Shown: positions 52,510-64,000 of the stretch, piece by piece
How positions within the stretch are numbered: position 1 is the stretch's first letter
How the letters are laid out: every line of letters begins with the position of its first letter
From: Eledone cirrhosa
Lineage: Eukaryota
Assembly: GCA_964016885.1 (NCBI GenBank)
Contig: OZ024742.1
Span: forward strand, 121,210,001-121,274,000
DNA: 64,000 nt
Direction of reading: 5' to 3'
The notes under the pieces: model-generated
Seen by the model: only the letters and a program-made list of their open reading frames with translations
Told to the model about the DNA's origin: nothing
The model's database searches: none
Translations under genes and position numbers: made by a program

Positions 52510-52659
52510 TCACTATTGATAATAGTTGAGAGAAGCAGCTAAAACTGGTATTTGAGGGAAACAGGGTTTGGTTCCTTGTAAGTGCTTCATTTCCCTTTTT
52601 CATCTCTCAAGGTAATTTATTCAATTTTCTCCACTATTATCTATAGTGATCAACTATTA

Positions 52660-52768
52660 TCACAGTTATCTTCTGTTTTGAACTCTCACAGTTATCTTCT
52701 GTTTTGAACTCTCACAGTTATCTTCTGTTTTGAACTCTCACAGTTATCTTCTGTTTTGAACTCTCACA
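52660..52768. repeat. 26-bp tandem repeat x4 inside an imperfect inverted repeat
   Basis: Unit CACAGTTATCTTCTGTTTTGAACTCT. Confidence 0.9.
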
Positions 52769-53054
52769 TTTTCAAATTTTAAACATTTCCAGTGTTTCTA
52801 TGAATCATAAGGTTTAAATAAGGCTGTAATTCAACTGTCAAGCTGAATTAAGATAAGTGCAATTAGTTCTAGCTTTCCTATTTCTAACAGGTGAAATGAG
52901 CATATAAAGACTCAATAACTGTTAGTGTGTCATTGGAACAGTTAGTTGAATCACTCCAAACTCTTTACAGATCATTAACACCATGTATGGTCAACCAAGG
53001 ATGATTAAGGTTACTCAACAGCTATAATATTACATTACCAAAACTGTTCTAATA

Positions 53055-53905
53055 TAATGGTTTCTGGTATAGGCACAAAGCCAGCAATTTTGGGGGAGGG
53101 GAAAATTGATTAAATCGACCCCAGTGCGTGACTGGTACTTTATTTTATCAACCCTGTAAGGATGAAAAGCAAAGTTAACCTCGGCGGGATTTGAACTCAG
53201 ATCATAAAGGACCGTAACTCTATGCTGCAAAGTATGGCATCCGACCCTCTACCGATACTGCCAACCCACTTCCCTAACTGTTCTAATATAATAGCTTCTA
53301 ATTTAGGCACAAGGCAAACAATTTTTTGGGAGGGGAAAGTTGATTAAATCGATCCGAGTGCATTACTGGTGTTTTATTTCATTAACCCTGTAAGGATGAA
53401 AGGCAAAGCTAACCCCGACGAGATTTGAACTCAGAATGTAAAGGGATGTAACTCTGCCACAAAGCTCTACCAATTCACTGCCCTTGATGTTCTAATATAA
53501 CAAATTCTGATGTAGGTACAATGTATCAGATTTGGGAGTGGTACAGTCAGTTATACTAATCCATTGACTGACTAGTATTTATTTTATGACTCCAGAAGTT
53601 ATCAAAGGTAAAGTTGACCCTGGTGAGATCTGAACTTAGAATGTTCCTAAATACCTCAAGACAATTTATTTACCACGCTATTGATTCTGCCAATCCACCA
53701 TCCTTTTGTTATGATATAATTGTTTCTACTTTAGGCACAAGGCCAGCAATTAACCAGTGCATTACTGGTACTTTATTTTATCGACCCCGTAAGGATGAAA
53801 GGCAAAGTCAACCTCGGCGGGATTTGAACTCAGATCGTAAAGGGACATAACTATGCTGGAAAGCATGGCATCCGACCCTCTACTGATACTGCCAATCCAC
53901 TGCCC
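53055..53905 (-). mobile_element. Stack of four head-to-tail SINEs
   Basis: Copies at about 53055-53275, 53290-53483, 53505-53700 and 53717-53905; separators TGTTCTAATATA; TSD CCTTTTGTTATGATATAAT around the last. Confidence 0.85.
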
Positions 53906-53963
53906 TTTTGTTATGATATAATAATAGAGAAGAAGGTCAGTTATGGAAACAACTACAGCTTAC

Positions 53964-54118
53964 TTCCAATGCTCCAATATTGCAAGCTGTATGTAGTGGA
54001 GTAAACTTGTCTCTTCCTCTGATTTCATTAACACTGGCACCACATTTCACCATTTTTGTAAGTTCATCTACATCACCTGCTTTCACAGCTTCATGGATAT
54101 TAGCATATTTTTGAACAG
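53964..54118 (-). CDS. ANKRD42: ANKRD42-like exon 2
   Basis: AVQKYANIHEAVKAGDVDELTKMVKCGASVNEIRGRDKFTPLHTACNIGALE; phase 1-0. Confidence 0.93.
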
Positions 54119-54649
54119 CTAAAAAATAATAACATACATGAATCATATAGAAAAAGTAACAGTCTATATATAAATTTGAGCGACTTCCATCTATCCATCA
54201 CATAATGTGTGTATGTTTGTGTGAATGTATGTGTGTGTAAAAAGAAGGAAGGGGATGGTGAAAAAACTATAGCAAAACAGCGGCTGGTGTTCCATTTGCT
54301 ATGCTGTGTATGAGTGTATGTGTATGTGTGTGTTTGTGTAAATGTATGTCTGTGAGTGTGTATTTTTGTAGGTGTGTCTGTGTTTGCATGTTTATATTTA
54401 TATACTCATACATATAAATGTATGCATATACACATACAACATGCATACACATACACATAAACTGGCACATGGCTACAGATTTATAGGGAAAGAATATAGT
54501 GAATGGAATTGAGATCAGTACATAACTGCTAGTTATTTTATTGATCCCCAGAAGAACTGAATGCAAAGTCAACCCTGGATGGATTTAAATAGTAGTGGGG
54601 GAAAGTTAAATACTAGATTGATTTGGAAATTAAAATCATTAATGATGAG

Positions 54650-54815
54650 CCGTGCTGGGCTTACCATTGTGCGTAGGGGTGCTTAAGCACAGGGCGTTGG
54701 CCAGGGAGGGGGGGGATCTTCCTGCCAAAAATTTTCTTTACCTCCTTCAAGGTCCAAGTAAGGGGCCTCATAACTTAACTAGTACAGGGCCTCATTTCTC
54801 TCAAATCTGGCACTG
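54650..54815. mobile_element. hAT-type MITE
   Basis: 8-bp TSD ATGATGAG; inverted relative of 34448-34602. Confidence 0.8.
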
Positions 54816-55622
54816 ATGATGAGCAAATGTGGACTATAATTAATTTCCTTCTAATAAGAAGGAAATTATAAGTTTTTATGGGTTCACAAAAACCTACCCA
54901 CAATAATCAAACAATGAGTCACATAAAACACTAGTATTATTCAAACTAAAATTTTTTTCAAGCCCAGGGGTTCACCGGGCCAGTGTTTATCCTGGTTTCT
55001 GTGGCATGAAGTGACTGAGAGTACAAGATTCCCCCACCAGGTGAGGATACCAGTCCATCACAGGGTTAAACTCCCAGCTGTTACTGACATTCATTTTCAG
55101 TTGAAAATAGTGGAGCAACATGAAACAAAGTGTTTTTCTCAAGAACACAACACAACCCAGTCCAGGAATTGAACCCACAACATTATGATCCTAAGCCTAA
55201 CACCCTTACCATTAGGCCACACTCCTCCACATTATTAAAAAATCCCTTTAAATATTTCGCCAACACTAGCTCTGATATTCCCCTCCATACACACGGACGC
55301 ATGTATCTGTGTTTATATCATGACTCATACACTGTTCACTTTCCTGACATTTGTACATTATTCTATGTATTATACATGAACCTTTGATGAGTTGTAGTGC
55401 ACCTGAGCACTGTACACAATAATTCCACAATAATTTCATCATTATTATTATTATTACTATTATTACTATTATTATATAACATGTGTAAAACTACAAATAC
55501 ACTTCTGATAAAATCTCAAACTATAAAATCTTTTAAAACAGATAAAACACCACCAATATAAGTCCCTTTAGACATATCAGAAGAAAGCCCCCCCCCCCCC
55601 CCCCCCCAAAAAAATCAGTATC

Positions 55623-55848
55623 AACCCTTTACCATTTAAACTGGCCATATCTGGCCAGAATTCTCTCACCTCTTTCTGTTTAAACCAGCTGTAACCAGCC
55701 TCTCATACCAATATTAAGGTATTGTTCTCAAAATAAATAACATCAAAATCTCATAGATTCGATATTATATGAGATAATTATGTGAGATAAAGCCTTTACC
55801 ACAAAATACAATAGCATGTATAGAGTAATGTAAATGCTAAAGGGTTAA
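55623..55848. mobile_element. piggyBac-type MITE
   Basis: CCCTTTACCATT ... AATGCTAAAGGG-TTAA. Confidence 0.8.
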
Positions 55849-56749
55849 ATAAAATATTTCATATAATTTCATAGGGTGTTGATTTAGATATTTGTTCTGG
55901 GTCTACAGAGAATTCAAATCCCGCTGATATTTACTTTGCCTTTCATCTTTTCAAGGTTGATAAAGAAAGTATCAGTCCAGTGCTGGTGCAACCCTCTCTC
56001 CTCCCAGCTGTCACATCCTAATAAATAACTTTAATACCCACGATTAAGAGGGCTGGACTGAATCTTTCTGAGGCCCTAGCCACTTAAAATATAACCCTCC
56101 TCTCATATATAAAGTCAGTGGGGAGGAATGACAAATACATTAAATTTGAATAAAATGGTGCTCCCTTTTCCCTTGAAGCCCTAAGCATGTGCGTATTTTC
56201 CTTAATGGTTAATCTAGCCATGAATGGAGGATATATGCCCCTACAATTACCTTAGGTGGGGGTAATAGAGATATATATAAAGTTTATGTGTGTGAGCAGT
56301 AACATTATTGTCATCACCGTTTAATGTCTGTTTTCCCTGCTTGGATTAGACGGCCGTAGCTTGACTGGTCAGGAGACTAGGTCCTGCTAACACACTTTGT
56401 TTTGGTTTTATGGCTGGATGCTCTTCCTAATACCAACTGTTTTACAGCATGTACTGGGAGCATTTTATCATGACTCCAGCACTATCATCTTACAGGGTGG
56501 ACTGGGTGCTTTTCGTCATAGCACAGACTTCTATCTTGGCCTGCAGATGCGGTGGGGTTAGGATAGAATTAATGAAATAAAACAAGTAATGGAATTAAAC
56601 AGCGCATGTGAGTGTGTGTACTGTGTGTGTGTGTGTATACTCTTTTACCTGTTCCTAGTGACTGACTGAGACTATGCTGGGACACCACTATTGTACACAC
56701 ACACACATATATACACACACTCACACACATACACTCAAACCACACATAC

Positions 56750-58345
56750 AAATGCTCAGAGGGCTCGGTTGAAGTGGTAGATAGTTTCTCTTACCTGGGT
56801 GACCAAATCAGTAGTGGGGGAGGGTGTTCTGAAAACACAGTAACCAGAGTGAGATTGGGTCGGAGAAAGTTCAGGGAGCTACTACCGTTACTAACTACAA
56901 GAGGTTTTTTTTCCTCAAAATGAAAGGCAGACTGTATGATGCATGTATACGAACAGCAATATTGCACAACAGCGAGACCTGAGCACTGTGTACTGAGGAC
57001 CTGCGAAGATTGGAAAGAAATGAAGCCTCCATGCTTCGCTGGTGTGCAATAGCAATATACATGAAGGGCAAAGTATAATTGTACTGTGTGAAAAATTAGG
57101 TATAAGTGGGATCAGTTGTTGTGTGCAGGAGAGGAGATTGCATTGGTATGGACATGTGATGCATATGAAGGATGACAGCTGTATAAAAAGGTGCAGAGCA
57201 CTTTTTTATTCTCAATAATATTCTGAAGCTGAGGCTCATACCTAGAAGGCAACACCTTCCTCAACATTCTCAGTAAAGTGGTCGTGTAGGTGACACAACA
57301 AAAAGTGCCCAGTCCACACTGTAATATGGTCGTGTAGGTGTCACAACAAAAAGTGCCCAGTCCACACTGTAATATGGTCGTGTAGGTGTCACAACAAAAA
57401 GTGCCCAGTCCACACTGTAATATGGTCGTGTAGGTGTCACAACAAAAAGTGCCCAGTCCACACTGTAATATGGTCGTGTAGGTGTCACAACAAAAAGTGC
57501 CCAGTCCACACTGTAATATGGTCGTGTAGGTGACACAACAAAAAGTGCCCAGTCCACACTGTAATATGGTCGTGTAGGTGTCACAACAAAAAGTGCCCAG
57601 TCCACACTGTAATATGGTCGTGTAGGTGTCACAACAAAAAGTGCCCAGTCCACACTGTAATATGGTCGTGTAAGTGTCACAACAAAAAGTGCCCAGTCCA
57701 CACTGTAATATGGTCGTGTAGGTGTCACAAAAAATGCCCAGTCCACACTGTAATATGGTCGTGTAGGTGACACAACAAAAAGTGCCCAGTCCACACTGTA
57801 ATATGGTCGTGTAGGTGTCACAACAAAAAGTGCCCAGTCCACACTGTAATATGGTCGTGTAGGTGTCATAACAAAAAGTGCCCAGTCCACACTGTAATAT
57901 GGTCGTGTAGGTGTCACAACAAAAAGTGCCCAGTCCACACTGTAATATGGTCGTGTAGGTGTCATAACAAAAAGTGCCCAGTCCACACTGTAATATGGTC
58001 GTGTAGGTGTCACAACAAAAAGTGCCCAGTCCACACTGTAATATGGTCGTGTAGGTGTCACAACAAAAAGTGCCCAGTCCACACTGTAATATGGTCGTGT
58101 AGGTGTCACAACAAAAAGTGCCCAGTCCACACTGTAATATGGTCATGTAGGTGACACAGCAAAAAGCACCCAGCACACACTGTAAATGTGGTTGGTGTTA
58201 GGAAGGGCACCCAGCTGTAGAAACCAAGCCAAAATCTGCTCTGGGTGAGCTAAACATGGTCCTCTGACCTGATTTTCTCCCTAAGGGTCAATCCGTCCTA
58301 CCCATGCTAGTATGGATGATGGCCGTTAAACGATGAGGATGATGA
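56750..58345 (+). mobile_element. Decayed RTE LINE with an expanded 3'UTR minisatellite
   Basis: Frameshifted VVDSFSYLGDQISSGGGCSE..KMKGRLYDACIRTA fragment; 3' end at 58190-58345. Confidence 0.85.
57279..58186. repeat. 48-bp minisatellite, about 19 near-identical copies
   Basis: Unit TGGTCGTGTAGGTGTCACAACAAAAAGTGCCCAGTCCACACTGTAATA; one copy is 45 bp. Confidence 0.97.
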
Positions 58346-58439
58346 TATATACATATGTGTATATATATATATATATATATGTTGTGTATATATATATGTA
58401 TGATATATGTATACACACACACACACATATATATATATA

Positions 58440-58493
58440 TGTAAGTATGTATGTATACGTACATACATATATGTATACAGACGTACAGTAGCA

Positions 58494-58533
<40 letters not shown>

Positions 58534-58981
58534 TATACACATATGCATACAGGTACACATACATATATGCACGCATCAGTTTAGCCGACGTTTATTATAA
58601 CGCCTGCTTTGTTTGTTTGTTTGTCAACAAATCGAACAGCCTGAATTTATGCCATACGGTGTTAAGGCAACCACGTCACCTTTTTGTTCAACACTGACAC
58701 AGGAACGATGTACTAGTTTCAAGCTTGTTAGCTATCATCAGCACCGTTTACCCATCTGCCAGATAGTTGAACGTTCGAAAGTATATACTTTCCTTGTGAA
58801 AATTAACGGCTGAGCAGCCTAATTTGCATATTGAGTGAGTTAAATCGGTCAGGCATACCGAAAACGATAAGTTGAAAAAAAATGAAAACGAAATTTCATT
58901 TCTCACTCTTAGTATGGCACTTACTTAAATGTAAGTATGTATGTATACGTACATACATATATGTATACAGACGTACAGTAG

Positions 58982-59013
<32 letters not shown>

Positions 59014-59192
59014 CATATATATACACATATGCATACAGGTACACATACATATATGCACGCATCAGTTTAGCCGACGTTTATTATAACGCGTGCTTTGTTC
59101 GTTTGTTTGTCAACAAATCGAACAGCCTGAATTTATGCCGGCTAAACTGATGCGTGCATATATGTATGTGTACCTGTATGCATATGTGTATA

Positions 59193-59225
<33 letters not shown>

Positions 59226-59346
59226 GCGTGCTACTGTACGTCTGTATACATATATGTATGTACGTATACATACATACTTACATTTAAGTAAGTGCCATAC
59301 TAAGAGTGAGAAATGAAATTTCGTTTTCATTTTTTTTTCAACTTAT
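58440..59346 (-). mobile_element. ~490-bp non-coding tandem unit (1.4 copies) plus inverted tail, containing a hammerhead
   Basis: 58440-58653 is direct to 58930-59139; 59139-59346 is the reverse complement of 58867-59073; (TA)n flanks. Confidence 0.75.
58704..58748 (-). ncRNA. Minimal type I hammerhead ribozyme
   Basis: AACGGTG-CTGATGA-TAGCT aaca AGCTT-GAAA-CTAG-TA^CATCGTT; 7-bp stem I, ACTAGT palindrome. Confidence 0.85.
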
Positions 59347-59399
59347 ATATATATATATATATATATATAAATACATCAGTATATATATATATATATTAT

Positions 59400-59640
59400 G
59401 TTGGTACCACAAAACATCCAGCCCACAATGTAAAGTGGTCGTGTAGGTATCACGACAAAAAGCACCCAGCAGACACTGTAAATGTGGTTGGCGTTAGGAA
59501 GGGCATCCAACCATAGAAACCAGCCAGAAACAGTTCTATATGAGCTAGACACGGACACCCTACCCAACTTGCCTCTAAATGGGACAAACCCGTCTAACCC
59601 TTACTAGCGTGGAAGATAGACGTTAAACGATGATGATGAT
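59400..59640 (+). mobile_element. RTE 3'UTR-derived insertion
   Basis: GGTTGGCGTTAGGAAGGGCATCC..CCCGTCTAACCC..(GAT)n. Confidence 0.85.
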
Positions 59641-59717
59641 AATACAGGGTGTCCCAAACAATGTATACATACTTCAACATCATTCTAATAATATTTCTAT
59701 ACATTTTCGGGACCCCC

Positions 59718-59848
<131 letters not shown>

Positions 59849-60041
59849 TTTAATTAGAAAGTGAACAATACAATATATAACTACTCCATTACCAAAGGTT
59901 TCAGGACTCTAGACAATATTAACATACGTCTAGATCGTTCATAAGACAGTCTGATATTGTGTTGTTCACTCTCTAATTAAATAGCTCTGTTCTACACATA
60001 GAGCACTCTTTTTTCCTTCGCTTTTTCTTCGGAAATACTTA

Positions 60042-60078
<37 letters not shown>

Positions 60079-60442
60079 GTGGGGGTGGGGGCAGTGTGTG
60101 TGTATGTGTGTGTGTGTGCGTAATGACGTAATGACGTAATTTCCGGTTATTTACTTCCACTTTTTTACCATCATAAAATAAGATTTAACTTTTAAGGTAA
60201 ATAACTAAATCGATGTAAATTGAAAGATTGTTAGATAAACAGAAACCCCGTTAAATTTATATAGAGAGAAGGAAATGATTAAAATACAGAGAGAGAGAGA
60301 GAGAGAGAGAATGAAATTAACCAAGAGGAAAACGAACGTAAAGAAGTCACGAAAAGAGAAGTTAAATGATTTCCAACGTTTTGTATTAATAAAACTATCT
60401 AATCTAATGAAAACATATATTGCAGAAAAATATAATTCTAAC

Positions 60443-60449
60443 CTGGCAT
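60443..60449 (-). CDS. ANKRD42: ANKRD42-like exon 1, coding part (ATG CCA G)
   Basis: ATAATGCCAG|GTTAGA; phase 1 matches exon 2; MP start as recalled for the vertebrate protein; about 55 nt from an X-box. Confidence 0.65.
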
Positions 60450-60502
60450 TATGAGTTATCAAGCACTGCCATTCAGTACACAACAAGAATTGTTGTTTAA
60501 CT

Positions 60503-60516
60503 GTTGCCATGAGAAC
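60503..60516. promoter_or_regulatory. RFX X-box
   Basis: GTTGCCATGAGAAC matches GTHNYY-AT-RRNAAC. Confidence 0.75.
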
Positions 60517-61240
60517 TATATTAAAATGTATGGAAACCTATATGCGGCAAAATATATATTTCCTCTAACAATTTTCAAAGGTCGCACTTTGATGCTTACA
60601 GAGATGTAACTAGAGTATGGTAAGTATGGCACATGCCAAGGGCTCCACTTCAAGAGGTGGGGGGTGTCATATGGACTTGGAGCACTTTCTATTAAAGTCA
60701 GAAGAGCTATCGTCGGAGATAGTTTATCTACACAGAGGCGTATGTTTACTGCTTGCGCTATTTTCCCTAGTTACGCCTCCGGATGCTTGACTATATCTTT
60801 TGTTATTAACTGTAAAAACATAGTTCAGCCATCTTCTCTCCTTTTCATTATTTTATTTTTAAACATATGCAAATGAAGTTGATCACCATCATCTACACAC
60901 TGCAAGGTGAAGACAACCTTAATTGTCCGTATCCTGTGTCACTTTCATCTATGCAACTCCCGTAAACTTATTGATTTCATCTCAACACACACACACATAC
61001 ATACACACAAATACACAGACACATCTATGAGTAGTGTCCTTCAAAAACATGCAATGTTAACCTGAAATCCTGGACCAGAAGTTCCTGAAGTGTTGCTGAC
61101 AGTAACGTTTCATATACTACTTCAAGCCTAAGAGCAAAGAGTAAAATTAATTGGGTCTCTTCTCATCGTCTCTGGAGAATACATCTAGCTCCAGAATCCA
61201 ATTATTGGATTATATAATTAATTAACTTAATTCCAAGTGC

Positions 61241-61535
61241 TTACCAATGTGTCCGAACACAGAAGAGCCGAACTCCCACTGTCATCGCCTCCATCTCACT
61301 CGCCCTCCCCATCTCTCTTTGTATTATGAGCAAATGCGGTCCCACGTGCTGGCTGCCCCACAACCCCGGCGGACAGAATGGAGAAGGCGTTTCCCTGGAA
61401 GATGGTAAGGGAGATGCGCTGGAAGAGCCATTCCGTCTCGTGAAGCTCACACCTGCGGATGGCCAGCTCAGCGCCTATGGTGGTAAATAGGGAGGTAGCC
61501 CTAGGGTCAAGGACACCAGAAGTCGCCTCTGCCAA
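61241..61535 (-). mobile_element. CRE-like non-LTR 3' fragment
   Basis: TSGVLDPRATSLFTTIGAELA..WLFQRISLTIFQGNAFSIL. Confidence 0.7.
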
Positions 61536-61724
61536 TATTAATTCTGACTATGGCTTGTTTTAAAACTAAGTTTGACTCTGTGTAGTGAGCGAAGTTATCT
61601 GCATTCAGGCAACATGGTAGTTCATAAAGACCCTTAGGAACTGAGGAACGGGCCTCGTCAACATTTCAATCCTTTACATTTTTCGGATTAAGTATAGCTT
61701 AATAGATAAGAACTTTATTAGCAT

Positions 61725-64000
61725 TGTAGCGGTTGTCTCCCTTGTTTTGATTAGGATCTAGACGGGAAGTGGAACCCTTTCTGCAACTTCCGGTCAGAGC
61801 CCTATAAAACTAACAACTTTAAGCTTCCTTCCTCTCTTTGCCTTTTCGGCACCAGGTCAAGAGTCTTCTCATTTGGCTCTGCCATTAATTTGGCCAACAG
61901 GCGCCTGGCCTTAGCCAGGCGCCCTCTGCCAGCCGCGTTTGCCTGGCAATCAAAACGGTAACTACTAACTTTGTTTCATTCTAACATCTATCTTTGACAT
62001 GTCAAGTATTCTATCTACCGTTAATTAAATATTATATACACAAACCATGTCTCGTTTTGTTACATTCATACAACCAGTGCCCCCGCTATATTGGTAACCC
62101 TGACGTGATACGAACACGCAGCCGTTCATCGCTATAAGGGTCACCCCCCCCCCCCCCCCCAAAAAAAAAAGAAAAAAATAGCACATCTGGTTTTGTGAGT
62201 AACATTACGAATACACAGCAAATTTAGCGACAAACTATGAAAATACTCAAGGACACGCACACACGCACATGTGGAATTCGCACAGACATACTTTTTCTCT
62301 CACGCATCAATTAACTGTCGCATTTCACCAATATATATATATATATGTTTCTCGTTTCTTACAACGAACACTTTCAAAACAAAAAAAAAACATTTCACGA
62401 TATATATATATGTTTCTCGTTTCTTACAACGAACTCTTTCAAAACACACAAAAAAAAAAAGAAATTTGATATTCTTTAAAAAACATTTCAACAGGAACAT
62501 TTATTTCCGATGAACCATTGCCTTTTGTTCATCGTTCTAGTTTTTTGTTTTTTTCCAGAGTTCACACCAATAATTATGCTGAGTGAAGCCTTTCTTTTTC
62601 ATCATTGTCACTTTCAAAATTGCACTATCATTTTCTCGCGCGTTAGAAATATTTTTTTTCAACCTTGTATTGGCACGTGTAGGCAGCATAAATTCTCGAT
62701 TCACTGAGATGTCTCTACTCACAGACAGCCGCACGCCAGAGATAGCATTTCTCCCCCAAGGATTCTTCAGCCTTAAGCTATATTCTTCTATTTGCCGGTT
62801 TATAAATTTACAATGTAAATTTACAGTTGATAACCGCGCATTTATTAAGAATGCTTATTTCTCTGGTCGCTGGCCTCTTGACCCTTCCAGGTCAACGCAT
62901 TCTCAACATCGACCATCAACTTCGGCTACTATTTCTAGCACTTTGCGCAACTCATTTTTTCTAAAAAAAAATTTTTTACTGTGAATTTAAACAACGAATA
63001 CGCTCACTCAGCGAGACAACAGCAGCAGCAACAGCAATATAACAGCAACAGCAATACATCAACACAGCTTCACCAAAGCCAGAGAATTTATTTTTGCAGC
63101 ACTCTTCCTGTGAGAAAATCCATTCGGAGGTTGGAAATTTCACGATATACCACAGAACAGAAACCACCTGCATTCATTCTCTGGAACACACTTTCTTTCC
63201 AGCTGTCATGTGATTGCACACCTGTGAACTATATTTTGAACTTTGAGCTCTTCTATTACTTTTACTTTATTACATTGTATCTTTGGGTGATGGATAGATG
63301 GATGTCCAGTCGTTCTCTGGCCAAGAGCGGTTGGCTACCTTGATATCTATCATTGATTTTTCCAAACATTCTTTTGTCGTAATTTTCATGCCTGTTACAA
63401 CATTCTCGCCAACTTGCTACATATTTTCATTTCGATTTTTATACACTAAAATTCTGGCGGGAGGTTATGTAGCGGTTGTCTCCCTTGTTTTGATTAGGAT
63501 CTAGACGGGAAGTGGAACCCTTTCTGCAACTTCCGGTCAGAGCCCTATAAAACTAACAACTTTAAGCTTCCTTCCTCTCTTTGCCTTTTCGGCACCAGGT
63601 CAAGAGTCTTCTCATTTGGCTCTGCCATTAATTTGGCCAACAGGCGCCTGGCCTTAGCCAGGCGCCCTCTGCCAGCCGCGTTTGCCTGGCAATCAAAACG
63701 GTAACTACTAACTTTGTTTCATTCTAACATCTATCTTTGACATGTCAAGTATTCTATCTACCGTTAATTAAATATTATATACACAAACCATGTCTCGTTT
63801 TGTTACATTCATACAACCAGTGCCCCCGCTATATTGGTAACCCTGACGTGATACGAACACGCAGCCGTTCATCGCTATAAGGGTCACCCCCCCCCCAAAA
63901 AAAAAGAAAAAAATAGCACATCTGGTTTTGTGAGTAACATTACGAATACACAGCAAATTTAGCGACAAACTATGAAAATACTCAAGGACACGCACACACG
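61725..64000 (+). mobile_element. Young non-autonomous LTR-like element (repeats of at least 533 bp, ~1.2-kb non-coding interior), cut by the window edge
   Basis: Direct repeats start TGTAGCGG at 61725 and 63468; GGCGGGAGG purine tract just before the second; TATAAAA inside the repeat; likely CA end at 62269. Confidence 0.75.

Noticed and set aside
57279-58186. CRISPR-like regular array and the 354-aa / 286-aa repetitive ORFs
   Set aside because: Units are contiguous with no unique spacers, the context is eukaryotic, and the unit derives from an RTE 3'UTR; the ORFs are open only because 48 is a multiple of 3.
62735-62775. Minus-strand CTGAAGA-A-TCC..GGA-GAAA-TGCTA-TC hammerhead-like string
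   Set aside because: Stem I is only about 3 weak pairs and stem III is not palindromic; compatible with chance.
62583-63343. 133-aa and 120-aa ORFs inside the LTR-like element
   Set aside because: No gag, pol or env motifs; low-complexity composition and non-ATG or weak starts.

Overview
AT-rich, repeat-dense animal genomic DNA, most likely a coleoid cephalopod such as Octopus (inferred from the SINE/RTE repertoire and the microsatellite load). Nearly all long ORFs in the track are microsatellite or transposon artefacts. I reconstructed two spliced host genes by hand, both with consistent intron phases. (1) Plus strand, 14231-22789: a 4-exon gene for a 117-aa secreted peptide with two 6-Cys pacifastin/VWC-like domains, behind a CRE + TATA promoter. 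(2) Minus strand, 60449-26565: a 12-exon ANKRD42-like gene (~497 aa) with an RFX X-box just upstream. Mobile DNA includes two large RTE LINE copies, many tRNA-derived SINEs with TSDs, mariner/hAT/piggyBac/Chapaev/Helitron relics, CRE and R4/Dong endonuclease tails, and a young non-coding LTR-like element at the right edge. The most striking unannotated signal is about 11 minimal type I hammerhead ribozyme motifs from roughly eight sequence-unrelated families. Most sit in (TA)n-adjacent inserts, several with fold-back (inverted) architecture typical of Penelope-like elements or retrozymes. They include a pair with a U3-A8 core covariation and a long stem II, a family whose copies differ by pairing-preserving substitutions, and a ~490-bp non-coding tandem unit. 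All calls are by eye; no database search or folding program was run.
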